DNA from: Paraphysomonas bandaiensis
Taxonomy: Eukaryota > Protista > Chrysophyceae
NCBI GenBank assembly: GCA_965644295.1
Contig: CBFFRP010000573.1
Location: 1-27,603 of the forward strand
Direction of reading: 5' to 3'
DNA: 27,603 nucleotides
Part shown: positions 10,494 to 22,880 of the stretch, piece by piece
Numbering within the stretch: position 1 is the first letter of the stretch
How the letters are laid out: each line of letters opens with the position of its first letter
Translations under genes and position numbers: made by a program
The notes under the pieces: model-generated
The model's input: the letters and a program-made list of their open reading frames with translations, nothing else
Told to the model about the DNA's origin: nothing
Databases searched by the model: none

Positions 10494-11447
10494 TCGAAAG
10501 GTTATGTAAGTAAAAGTTACGTTGTATCGAATGTTAGTTAATGGTAAAAATGAAACAAACTAAGACTAAGGAACAGATAGCAAAAAATATTACTAAATAA
10601 GTAGAAACAAACGATGCAGGAAGCAGTGTTAAGTCAGCCGACGGAAATGAATTGGTTTCAGTGAGCTGGTCATGATACCGTGATGTCTCCAGTTCGGCTG
10701 TTCGAGCTGCCACATGCTGCTGCTCGTTTAAAGTATCCATTCCCTTGCGGCGAATATTAGTAACGAATCATTTCATCCAGTGTATCTGGACAAGTAAGAG
10801 CATGCAATGTCTGATAGAAGGGATCAGGACTGCGGTCTTCCATGATCGAACACTCTGCAGGATCGTCAGGCAAGGGAGTAAAATCTTCCTCAAGCTCCAG
10901 AGCGCAAGTAAAACTCCAGGATTGTCAGGCAAGGGAGTTTTACTTGCGCTCTGGAGTATATTCTGGATACGAGTGTATGGATGGGAGTTCTATGAGCTCT
11001 ACTGGGATGCCCTTCGCGCTAACGAGAACAAAAGCGTCGTTTTTCATCGTCTTGTCCAAAAAAATATACCGCAGAAGCCAATCAGAAATGGAGCATGCCA
11101 ATAAAGAAGTGTCACTCCAGGCAACACTCACTGTGAGGACACGAATCTTAGTCGTGATGATAACTCTGACTTGATTGCAGTGAAGTTGTGATTGTGTAGT
11201 AATCGCAAATGCGGCTGACTAAAGTGTGACGTCGAACAGAACATTGAAGTATGGGCAGGCACTGGTATGTGAACAGCGTTTTGGAACTCCAAGAAGCAGA
11301 TAGGGATGGTTTGAGGGAACAAGATACCATCATCCAGCTGAAATCTTGATGTCGTGCTGCAGAAACCGCAACTTCAATTTTGAAGTAGCGAATGCCACGC
11401 ACTTAGATAGTGATGTCTTGGAATTCCAATAAGGCAACAATTCTGTG

Positions 11448-11608
11448 TGTGGGAATATAAGATCCAGCAGAATATGTCGATCCAGCAAAAAAATCCAGGT
11501 TTTTTTGATGCATGCTGTTTTTTGACGAATATATTTCAGAGAAATAACGAAAAAAGGTCGATTTTTTTGCTGGATCGACATATTCCGCTGGATCGACTTA
11601 TTCCCACA
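11448..11608. mobile_element. 161-bp MITE-like element with about 50-bp imperfect TIRs (TGTGGGAATA...TATTCCCACA)
   Basis: The TIRs contain a repeated GATCCAGC and share GAATATGTCGATCCAGCAAAAAAATC in inverted orientation. No convincing TSD. Confidence 0.7.
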
Positions 11609-13086
11609 GAAGGAATTTGAGAGAGCGAATACACTGTGAATCGTGCCATTATTAACTGTGAGTTCGTATTGCAAGCTTCATCACTATGCGGGAGAGCTAT
11701 TGTGAAGGTTTATGCCTCATTATCGACAAAATGAGCGTGACAAGTGGGTTCCCGTGACCTGTAGAAAAGCGGAGAGTGTATGTCTCGAGGTTATTGAAGA
11801 CGACGCAAGCAAGCAGTATGCCTATTAGTATTGGAGGGGAGAAAAGCATTTGAAATGCGCAGTGAAAGTTCAGTCCGAGTACGTCGTTGATTCATGTGCT
11901 GATTTACAGCATGAAACCGTGTTTGAAATGGAAAAAGAAGACCATGCAGGTGAGGTAGTGGATATGCTCGACTTACTGAGCAATGCTCTCAGTCGTGGTA
12001 AAAAGAGAAATAATGTATCAGAAATGGCTTTAAGCTCCAGAGACTCCCGGCTAGTGTCAGGTAATAAGTATTGGTACTAGAGACTAGAGTAGTAGAGTGT
12101 GTAGCTGGAGTACTATTGGTCTGTTGAGTAATAATCAGTTCATTCATTGGGGTACAGTTATTGCTTTTCTGTTACATGCGCAAGCAATAATGAGAACTAG
12201 ATGGTGTACTGTAATGAACTATAAGATTAGGTGAAATTTAGCATATATCAAGATTTGTCGTTAATTTGCAGCAAACGCATGCATGTGTATGTAACATCTG
12301 GTGAACATCTGTTTTCAGCAACATCTGTTTATTATATGTTCACCAATTATATAGTATATAGTATATAGTCATAAGTCATACTTAGTCATACATCAGTAAG
12401 AGACATACACATGCATGCGTTTGCTGCAAATTAACGACAAATCTTGATATATGCTAAATTTCACCTAATCTTATAGTTCATTACAGTACACCATCTAGTT
12501 CTCATTATTGCTTGCGCATGTAACAGAAAAGCAATAACTGTACCCCAATGAATGAACTGATTATTACTCAACAGACCAATAGTACTCCAGCTACACACTC
12601 TACTACTCTAGTCTCTAGTACCAATACTTATTACCTGACACTAGCCGGGAGTCTCTGGAGCTTAAAGCCATTTCTGATACATTATTTCTCTTTTTACCAC
12701 GACTGAGAGCATTGCTCAGTAAGTCGAGCATATCCACTACCTCACCTGCATGGTCTTCTTTTTCCATTTCAAACACGGTTTCATGCTGTAAATCAGCACA
12801 TGAATCAACGACGTACTCGGACTGAACTTTCACTGCGCATTTCAAATGCTTTTCTCCCCTCCAATACTAATAGGCATACTGCTTGCTTGCGTCGTCTTCA
12901 ATAACCTCGAGACATACACTCTCCGCTTTTCTACAGGTCACGGGAACCCACTTGTCACGCTCATTTTGTCGATAATGAGGCATAAACCTTCACAATAGCT
13001 CTCCCGCATAGTGATGAAGCTTGCAATACGAACTCACAGTTAATAATGGCACGATTCACAGTGTATTCGCTCTCTCAAATTCCTTC

Positions 13087-13247
13087 TGTGGGAATAAGTC
13101 GATCCAGCGGAATATGTCGATCCAGCAAAAAAATCGACCTTTTTTCGTTATTTCTCTGAAATATATTCGTCAAAAAACAGCATGCATCAAAAAAACCTGG
13201 ATTTTTTTGCTGGATCGACATATTCTGCTGGATCTTATATTCCCACA
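13087..13247. mobile_element. Mirror copy of the 161-bp MITE-like element in the right arm
   Basis: Reverse complement of 11448..11608. Confidence 0.7.
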
Positions 13248-14645
13248 CACAGAATTGTTGCCTTATTGGAATTCCAAGACATCACTATCTAAGTGCGTGG
13301 CATTCGCTACTTCAAAATTGAAGTTGCGGTTTCTGCAGCACGACATCAAGATTTCAGCTGGATGATGGTATCTTGTTCCCTCAAACCATCCCTATCTGCT
13401 TCTTGGAGTTCCAAAACGCTGTTCACATACCAGTGCCTGCCCATACTTCAATGTTCTGTTCGACGTCACACTTTAGTCAGCCGCATTTGCGATTACTACA
13501 CAATCACAACTTCACTGCAATCAAGTCAGAGTTATCATCACGACTAAGATTCGTGTCCTCACAGTGAGTGTTGCCTGGAGTGACACTTCTTTATTGGCAT
13601 GCTCCATTTCTGATTGGCTTCTGCGGTATATTTTTTTGGACAAGACGATGAAAAACGACGCTTTTGTTCTCGTTAGCGCGAAGGGCATCCCAGTAGAGCT
13701 CATAGAACTCCCATCCATACACTCGTATCCAGAATATACTCCAGAGCGCAAGTAAAACTCCCTTGCCTGACAATCCTGGAGTTTTACTTGCGCTCTGGAG
13801 CTTGAGGAAGATTTTACTCCCTTGCCTGACGATCCTGCAGAGTGTTCGATCATGGAAGACCGCAGTCCTGATCCCTTCTATCAGACATTGCATGCTCTTA
13901 CTTGTCCAGATACACTGGATGAAATGATTCGTTACTAATATTCGCCGCAAGGGAATGGATACTTTAAACGAGCAGCAGCATGTGGCAGCTCGAACAGCCG
14001 AACTGGAGACATCACGGTATCATGACCAGCTCACTGAAACCAATTCATTTCCGTCGGCTGACTTAACACTGCTTCCTGCATCGTTTGTTTCTACTTATTT
14101 AGTAATATTTTTTGCTATCTGTTCCTTAGTCTTAGTTTGTTTCATTTTTACCATTAACTAACATTCGATACAACGTAACTTTTACTTACATAACCTTTCG
14201 ACACTTAGTAACACTTACTTCTATTCACACTTAGTAACAACTTAGTAACACTTACTTAGTAACACTTACTTCTATTCACACTTAGTAACAACTTAGTAAC
14301 ACCATATAGACTTTACTTCCTTTGTAACTGTATTCACCTGTAACACCTATGAGTTTATATTAACTATTGTACACTAGTAACTCACTTCAATTGCAGAATT
14401 GCAGTGTATATCGTAGAATCATACTGCAGAGCTCATCACAACCAAGAATTCAATACGCTCTCGATACTTCAATAACGGCTAACAAATATATTCAATATAT
14501 ATTCCACATATTTCTATTTAGATATCTATGCTAACAATACAGTTTTATGAAATATGACCTTTGTGTTTCGGTAAATATTGACGTTTTTATTAGGTTAATT
14601 CGAAGTGCCAACAAATAGCATCCACATGCAGCTTGCTCAAAAAAA

Positions 14646-15363
14646 CTAACGGTATCTGAGCATAGATTTAGTATTCCGTCTCTTCCAGGCAGCGGAAGCA
14701 GAGCCACCAATAATATTATTGGCCCTGTGTCCTCTCTTGCGGAGACCTCTACTCTTTCTGCCAGCGGATGTCAACCCACGTCTCTCGCGGTGCTTCATGA
14801 CGGGCTTGCAAATCCAGTTAATGCGAGGATCGTTGCGAATAACAATATGGGAAGGATCCACAAGGATGACCTCGTAGTACTTGTAAGTAGCATCCTGGTT
14901 GACCCAGTAAGAGTTCAACACGCGCAAGTTGCCGCATGCCCTGCCGGCACGCTCCTCAGCAACGCTACGAAGGTTTCGGCGAAACTTCAGCTCGTTAATT
15001 CCCTGGTTCTTTGGCTTTCCATGAACAATACCTTTGCTAAGTGGCCTCTTGCGGCCACCTCTACGCACAGCCACTCTGTAAATGACAAAACCCTGTAGTG
15101 TACACTAATTAATTCGAAAATAAGAATCTCTTAAACGCAAACCTGTTTGGCTTTATATCCTAGCTTGTGTGCCTTATCAGTGCGAGTAGGTCTAGCGACT
15201 CTCACGACCTTCTTAGCCTGTCTATACTCCCAAGCGCTATAGATTACGGTCAGCACTTAGAAGAATGCATTACCCAACTACCCTACCGAACACGCAAAAG
15301 AAATCGCAAAACATCACTTTGCTTTTTCCTCCAAACTTCCTCGAGATATTTGTAGGCACCCAT
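14646..15363 (-). CDS. RPL15: 60S ribosomal protein L15 (eL15), 205 aa; exons 15363..15287, 15236..15143, 15092..14646
   Basis: [89 protein letters not shown]. Two 50-nt GT-AG introns restore the frame. Confidence 0.98.
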
Positions 15364-15848
15364 CGTAATAAATTAACCTATTCGTATATTTCTATGAGAT
15401 GTTTGGTTGTTCACTGCAATCATTCTTCTCATCATGTTCATCGTAATATCTACTGCCACACTTTGTCACCACTGCACCACACCTCATAGCGAATCTTCAA
15501 GCGACGTCCTCAAAACTGAAATCCCGAATGTATTCTCCTACCTTGTCTGAACTACTCTGTATACACACTGCAGATATAGAATACTGTGTTGTAGTATACA
15601 GTATAGAGAAACCAATCAGAAGTGCTGGAATAAGAATCAGAAGAGGCGCTGTACATTCATCTCTCCACGACCATATAGCAATATGGATATAATGGAATGA
15701 TACTGTACTAGATCGAACCGTTTAACTTAAAACAAAAGGCATCAAAGTATAGTAAAGGAACCTTGTTAAGTCTACCCTATAGAGATAACTCAATAGTATT
15801 ATAATCAATCATAAATATACAGACAGTATACAGGAATTAAGAGCTATT

Positions 15849-17809
15849 ATGATCGAAAGGGAAGACACATCAGCGTTGACTGAATTGGACGCTCTAACTG
15901 CATCATTTTCGGAAATGAGTTTAAACTTACATGAAATCAAACGGAGACCAACTGCAAAAGAAGCGTTTGGAGACAATTGCGGTCTCTGTCCTCAAAGTCG
16001 AGATACTCAAATTCATAATATTTTGACCGCCATAAAGTTAATAGGCGAACCTTCAATTAAAAGTAAACGTGAATCTGTATTCTTTCATGCTTCGGAAAAC
16101 CTTCTCATTGTCTCAGTTGTACAGTCGTGATATACCAAATATTCATTTTTTTGTTGCAGACTTCAATAGATGTTCTTGTGATGAAGATGCACCACATAGT
16201 AGTGTGTTTTTGAACGACCCTGGACTCTTCATTCTACTTCGATTGTATTATGTTGAATTTGTAGATCAGTCGAGGCACCCATGGGAAGAATGTATCAACA
16301 GAGTTTTAGACAGATTGAGTACTGTTGACAAAAAGGAAAGTTTCAAAGAAGGAATTCGTAGAAAGTTGCGAGATAGGGTTGCAGAATCTGGCTGTTCACT
16401 ATCAGTGATATTGGTTGATGAAATTCAGAAAACGCAAGCAATGGGCGAGGGATCTGATGGAATTCTGTTTTCTAATCGGTGTCGTTCTTATCTATGTGGA
16501 ATGGCCGATTTACACAAAGACATCTGTAATGTCGTTGTATTCTCATCATTGGATGTGTCGTTTATGAAAAATGAAATTACAGCTTCCGGGCGCCCTATGA
16601 ATTCAGTTTGTACATTACCGCTACTGACTTTTGAACAGACATTAAACATTCTCCAAACTGAAGTTCAGTGCTCGTTTGTGGGTGAAGAAGATATTGATGT
16701 GGACCGTGATCAGAGCTTGAAACAGTTAGCCGACGTGTGCGGTGGACACCCGCGATCGATTGAGTATGTTGTTTCCATATGTCACAGTATCATGAACGAG
16801 GTCGATCGAAAGGATCTGTCTTACGTTATTTATTCCGCGGCGCACCGACTCATTGGGGCCTATCGACAAGTTGATCATCTAGATGTTTTATTGAAAGCGA
16901 TAATCCTGGGTAAAGAAGTGTGTGGCAGTGACCTTGTTGGGGATGAGACGTATGAGTCATTGGTGAACCGCGGCGTACTGCTGAATTCGCTGGATGGTAA
17001 CGGTCCACATAAGTTTGTACCTATGTGCCCTGAGTTATTTTTGCATGCCTGGGCGCAATCAAAAACCGTCAGTCGAGATTTGAGTCGTCTGCTTCGACAG
17101 ATACTGGACCTGCGCGGAAAATTTACTCGCAAGAGATTTGAGAATTTGCACTGCAGTTGGGAGCAGTTGGTACGGCATGCCCGGCCGGATAAAGACTATC
17201 AACAGATTCCGCTCCGTGAGGTTTATTGTGTTGCGCAGCGAGCTTATAATAATATGGAGCGAGCATCCGAAAATGTCGTGTCGTGTCCCGTGGATGCATC
17301 TGCAGAATTAACTCTACAACAATACCACAAAGGTGGCATGGTGAATGCTCAGCCAAACTTTATACTATCTCCTACCGATGATTATAATACTGGGTGGGAC
17401 CGACTAATTTTTTATGATGCATTTCCTTCTGGCAAACCGAAACGGAGAAAGTTTATCCTTCCAGTGTTCATCCAAAATAAGTTCAGTGCGGAGGGCGCGT
17501 CGACGAAACGGACACTTGAAACTGTGAATACAACTGTCCAACGTTGCAAAAAATTTGTTCAGGAGCAGTGTATTTTCACTGGTTACAAAAGCGTGGTATC
17601 GCTTTGGAAAGACCGGATATGAGTTTGTGGTGATATTTGTTGTCAAGCAAAGAGCTCATCACAACACCACATCTGAAGCGCCACCTAATGTGATATTCTG
17701 CTTTGAAGAAGATTTAAAGATCTTATACGGCAAAACTTTATCTGGATTCGTTAAGTACTTACTTCCAGATTCGACAATCTATGCCACAACAGAATTCGAT
17801 GACAACTAA
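15849..17809 (+). pseudogene. Crinkler-type P-loop NTPase + PD-(D/E)xK restriction-endonuclease-fold gene with two frameshifts
   Basis: Walker B VILVDE, sensor VVFSSL, STAND-like GGHPR, and a nuclease-like N.GWD...VFIQNK. Frameshifts near 16095 (probable Walker A remnant AS/G/KT) and near 17615. Confidence 0.7.
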
Positions 17810-18026
17810 AGGCAAGGGTAAACAGAGTAGTGGAGAGAATTAATCACGCTTTTGCTCGAGTAGCCTTCTTTTATTGAATTAATAATACTATACTTTAAAT
17901 AATGAAATATAATTTATCCACTTTATCCATTAAAAAGTAATACTATAGCCATTGAACGCCTACTAACAGCTGGCTTATGGCACTGGGGCTTTGTCCGGTG
18001 TACGACGGCCGCACCATACGAGCCCA

Positions 18027-18333
18027 TATTAATTTACGCTTTTAGTTAGTGCAATATTGACTGATTGATATTATAGGAGATATAGTAAGTTTATGATGTT
18101 GTAGCCCTATGAGTTAGGAACCACGTCATTCACCAACATCAACATTCTGTTCTACAAATCATATCTTTAACAGCTACTATATTTTCAGTTTCTTTGTATA
18201 CTTGTAATAGCTACTCCTATACTGTAGTCATGTATATTCTGTATTTCATTGCTACATAGAATACAGGATAACTACTAGCGATTGGCTTTACCAAACTTCA
18301 AGTACGCACGTAGGAGTTGGTTGTAGTTCAATA
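18027..18333 (-). repeat. 3' LTR (307 bp)
   Basis: Identical by eye to 22880..23186. Confidence 0.95.
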
Positions 18334-18343
18334 CTCCCACTCA
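18334..18343 (-). other. Copia polypurine tract (TGAGTGGGAG)
   Basis: Immediately precedes the 3' LTR on the minus strand. Confidence 0.85.
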
Positions 18344-18381
18344 ATGAACATATCAGAATATACTGTACTAAGCAGGTCTAC

Positions 18382-21300
18382 TTAGTGCGATACCATAGTG
18401 TGCACATGCTGATAGTGCAGCTTCTCGGACAAGGCTTTAGTCATCACGTCTGCTGTCATCTCTGCCGTTGGCACATGATTCAGCCTGACGATACAGCCTC
18501 CCACTTGCTCTCGAATCCAATGATACTTGATCCGAATATGCTTGGAACGTTTATGATTTACCGGGTTCTGAGCTAGATCAATCGCACTCTTGCTGTCCAT
18601 ATTCAAGATTGTTGGAGACGCATTCTTACTGAGCTCAAATCCACGAATTCCGAGCTCTGTCATCACCCCTCGTATCCATACAATCTCCTGAATTGCAGCA
18701 TATGCAGCCATATATTCAGCTTCCATAGTCGACGTAGCCACTGTTGGCTGCAGCCTGGACTGCCATGCAATTGGAGCACCCCACAGATATACGATATACC
18801 CTGTAGTGGATCTGCATGTATCCAGATCTCCGGCCCAATCTGCATCAGAGTACACACATAGAGGGTCTTCATCTGTGAAATTAGGAAATATGATACCTTG
18901 ATCAACTGTATTTTCTAAATACAATAAAGTATGCAGAGCAGCTTGACATGCAGCGTACGTGGGTCTTGTGGTGAACCGGGAGAGAAGATTTACTGTATAT
19001 GCCATGTCTGGTCTAGTATGCACTGCCAAATACATTAAGGCACCAATAACAGATTGATAGGGAAATGCATCAACGTATTCTCTCTGTTTTCGAGTTTCTT
19101 CCTCTTTTGCATCCTTGGACAACTTTAGGCCAGGTGGTAGAGGTGTGGTTGCCTTGCACCGTCTCTTCTTTTCTGACAACAAGTGATTGAATCTGGCCAC
19201 AACATCTTTAGCATATGCAGACTGATGTAACTTAATCTGGCCATTATGACGCTCAATGGTAAGACCTAAATAATGCTTAAGATCCCCCATATCTTGCATG
19301 GCATATTGAGTCTTAAAAGCGCTGATGACTTCTTCAATATGACGGCTGTCAGAGCTGAGCACAATGATATCATCTACATACACAAGTATCATGTGTAGGT
19401 TAGTATCAGTGCCCTTGAGGACAAATAAACATGGGTCAAGAACACATTGTTTATACCCCATCGCCTTTATACTGTCCTTCAGCATTGAATGCCAATTTCG
19501 AGGCGCTTGTTTTAGGCCATACAAACTCTTCAGAATCTTCAAACAACAGCCTTGTGGAATATCTATTCCTGCAGGTGGAGACATAAACACATCTTCGTCC
19601 AGATCTGCGTACGGAAATGCCGTTTCTACATCGAGTTGACGGAGTTGCAAATTGTATCGCAGAGCCAGTGCCAGTGCTAGCCTAAATGATACACCTTTAG
19701 CTACTGGGGAGAATGTCTCATTATAGTCGACTCCTTGTTCTTGAGTAAACCCTTTCGCCACAAGTCGAACTTTGAACTTCTTAATTTTTCCAAGATGGTC
19801 GCGCTTTACTTTAAAGACCAATTTAGATTTTATGATTTTTCGGTGTTTCGGCCTTCGGACAATCTTCCAGCATGTCCTTCGTTCAAGCTTGTGCACCTCC
19901 TTCCTGGTAGCTTCAATCCAGTATGTTCTCTGTGGAGTCTTCTTTGCTTCTGCTAGCGTCTGTGGCTCTTTAATTGTGCTGTTGGAGGAATCAAGAAACA
20001 ATGAGACATCGCCGAGGACACCAACGTTAACAATGTGCCGTTTTTTTCGAGGTCGTTTTTCAGTTCTGGGATTTCGATCTGCCCCACCTGTTGAAGATGC
20101 GCCCCGATATGAGCGGTCAGGAGTCCTCTGCTCATTGTCACTGTCATTACAAGTCTGATCCAACTCATTTCGCAAACTATTAAACTTGTCGGTCTGACAC
20201 TTTGTAGAGTGAGTCATCTTTACAACATCTTTGATATGAATTGGAGTTTGCTCCTCGGTAGTATTTCCTTCAGTATCTAGTTTCCTATATGCAACAATGA
20301 CTCCTCTTCTCTCTATCACTCTGGTGGTAACATAACGCAGGTGTCCATCAAGATGTCTAAGGCCCACCAGGTACTGATAATCATTTACACTCTCTGCTGT
20401 TTCTGAGGTGTCAATTTGTAGATTATCTATTTCGTCGAAATACTCCTGTGAACGCTCTGGAATAGACTCATCAAACTGTGCATTGACTGCAACAATAATA
20501 GCATTCAGGTCTGGAATATATATTTGGTGTCCAACAGGTTGTTGACATTGACCCATATAGTATCCAGGCTTTCCCTTTTCTTTCCACTCTTTGCGGCGCA
20601 GCTCCTTCGGCACGATAGCCCATGCCTTGCAGCCCCAGATCTTCAAGTCACTCACATCTGGTGCAGTTCCAGTAATATACTCAAAAGGTGAGATGTATCC
20701 TTTCGTTGTCTTCGTAGGTAACCTGTTGATCAGATATACAGCATGCAAGACAGCTTTGAACCAGAATACTGATGGCATGCCACTATCGAGCAATATAGCA
20801 AGAGCCATCTCCTTCACTGTACGATTTTAGTGCGTTCCGATAGCGAATTCATTTCGGGTGTATCACGTGGAGTCCAAGTAACCTGTACAGTCCTTGTGCT
20901 GGTGGTTTCACGTAAGTACTGCCTGACATGTTGCCCTACTAATTCTCCTGCGCCATCTGCATGATATCGTCGTAGTTGCAATCCTTCTTTGACAAGTTGG
21001 GTCTCTACCATGTCCTTCATACACTTTAACACTTCACTCCCAGTCTTGTTTTTCAACCCATAAGCCCATACATGTTTTGCATCACTGTGCTTGAATAGTA
21101 ACACATGTTTGTAGCCTTCCATCGATGGCGTGTTTAGGACTTCCATCGTATCTGCACTGAGCACCCCTCTCTCCTTTGGGTTGTTGTCTAAGTTCATCAA
21201 CTGGCGTGGAGTCCTGAAGTTCTTTCTAGTGAGTTTCGATCGCATGCAGGTATTACATTTGCATATCGTTTTTTTGTGTTTTTTTCTGAAATATTTCTTG

Positions 21301-22880
21301 TCCAGATTTATTCCATCAACTAGGCCTCGGCGGTCGGACTCAGTCAGTTTATCATAGTTGACATGGCCAAGTCTTTTGTGCCATAGAATTCGCTGGTCAT
21401 CAAACCCCTGCTCCTCAAGTGCTGCTGAGGATTCTTCTCCAAGCTGAAGTAAGTCTTCGAGTCGAACTGGATATAATCCATTAACACTTCTCTGTCTAAT
21501 GAGTGTCTTGTTCGTAGTCTTATTTCGAATGACGACTTCATCATTATCGAACGTCACAACACAGCCCCTATCTGTGATACTCTTCATATCTACGAGGTTC
21601 TTACTTGCTTCAGGTGCGTAGTACACCTTCTTAAAGCTTCCTACATCGCCAACACTGTGTATTGACAGTTTACCTTTGTTCGCTGTGGACATCTGCCTAT
21701 CAGCGCGCTGAAGGTTGGTCATGTGGTTTTTGGAGGTAAGGATCATCTTGTTGCACCCGCTGTCTAAATAAATAACATCTGACATGCTCTGTGCTAGATT
21801 CACCTCTTCTTCCACACATATCATCGATTCGTATCCCGCTTCATCTTCTGAATCATGTACAGACACTCGCGGTTTCTTCTTGTTCTTGTAGGGTGCCGTT
21901 TCCCTTCTAGAGTCTCGCCCCCGTTTAGAACTGACCACTGCAGCTTTAGCAGTCTTCAAGTGGAAGCAGTCTTTAGTCTGATGGCCTGGGATGTCACATA
22001 TCTCACACACAGGTAGCCTTGTTTTGTTATCACCCCTGTTTCTGTGATCTCTATCTTTTCTCTGTGATCTTGTCCCCTTCATCCTCTTTATGACATGTTC
22101 TGGAGTCTTGCACTCCCTAGCAAAGTGGCCAAGTTTTTTGCACTTATTGCATCTGCCCTTTCTCTTGTGCTCTTTCCATTTACTGTCATCCACTGCTTGA
22201 TTGACACTGTCTTCCCCTGAATTTTGCAACGCATGCTTGCCGAATGATGTGTTTTCATACCCTTTGATTAGGCTGCTTGCTCTTGCGTATGTCACATCGT
22301 TTGCTGTATACAGGCTGTGTGCTAATTGGGAATATCTCTTGTCTGTGAGACCTTCCTTTAGTCGAGTGAGCTTGTCGTCTTCCGTGACTTCACGACCTAG
22401 ATTCTCGAGAATCTTGGCCTGGGCTTCAACGCTGTTGAGGTAATCTTCATTGAATTGAACTTTGTGACCTCTGCCTGTACTGTATTCTTTTCAACATTGA
22501 GAAATCTCTCTTCCAGTGCCTGTAGTAACCCTTTTGCTGTACTTCCTTCGTAGAGAGCCGCTGTTGTGCCTGCTTTTGGGTGAGCATTGCACACTTCCAT
22601 CAGGAAGGAGTACGCGGTCTCGTTCCGGGTGTTCCAGAGTTTCTTCGCTTTGCCTAGCTAGTCGCTTCTTCTGTGCATCAGTCATATGAGCTCCCGCTGG
22701 GACTGTAGAGTCTAGATCATGAATGTGCCTTGGTTTATCCTTTGAGAGGACAAGATGAGCTCGATTGTGTCTCATGAGGAATGAGGTGAAGAACTTCTTG
22801 AATTTCTTAAAGTTCAGTTCCTCGAAGGGAGGTACCTTTGAGCCTGAGGCGACATTCGTGAAATTTCCATCCGCTGCCAT
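18382..22880 (-). pseudogene. Copia gag-pol polyprotein broken by three frameshifts (about 22640, 22435 and 20825)
   Basis: Two CCHC knuckles (CNKCKKLGHFAREC, CEICDIPGHQTKDC), protease YLDSG, WHKRLGH..CNTC, integrase D-D-E (SADT, HADG, SER), RT QLDV/LYGLKQAPR/YVDD and RNase H YSDADWAG/EAEY/ADVMTK. Confidence 0.95.

Larger units (their letters stand above)
10388..14307. repeat. Long inverted repeat (foldback): arms 10388..12292 and 12403..14307 (1,905 bp each), 110-bp spacer
   Basis: Eight ORFs are mirrored with identical translations, and paired coordinates always sum to 24695. Arm ends were read by eye. Confidence 0.97.

Noticed and set aside
10534-14161. Small mirrored ORFs in the foldback arms as genes
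   Set aside because: They are short, overlap on both strands and contain no recognisable motifs.
18385-22443. Antisense and alternative-frame ORFs within the copia element (and similar ones in the Crypton, RPL15 and NTPase genes)
   Set aside because: They are shadows of the real coding frames.
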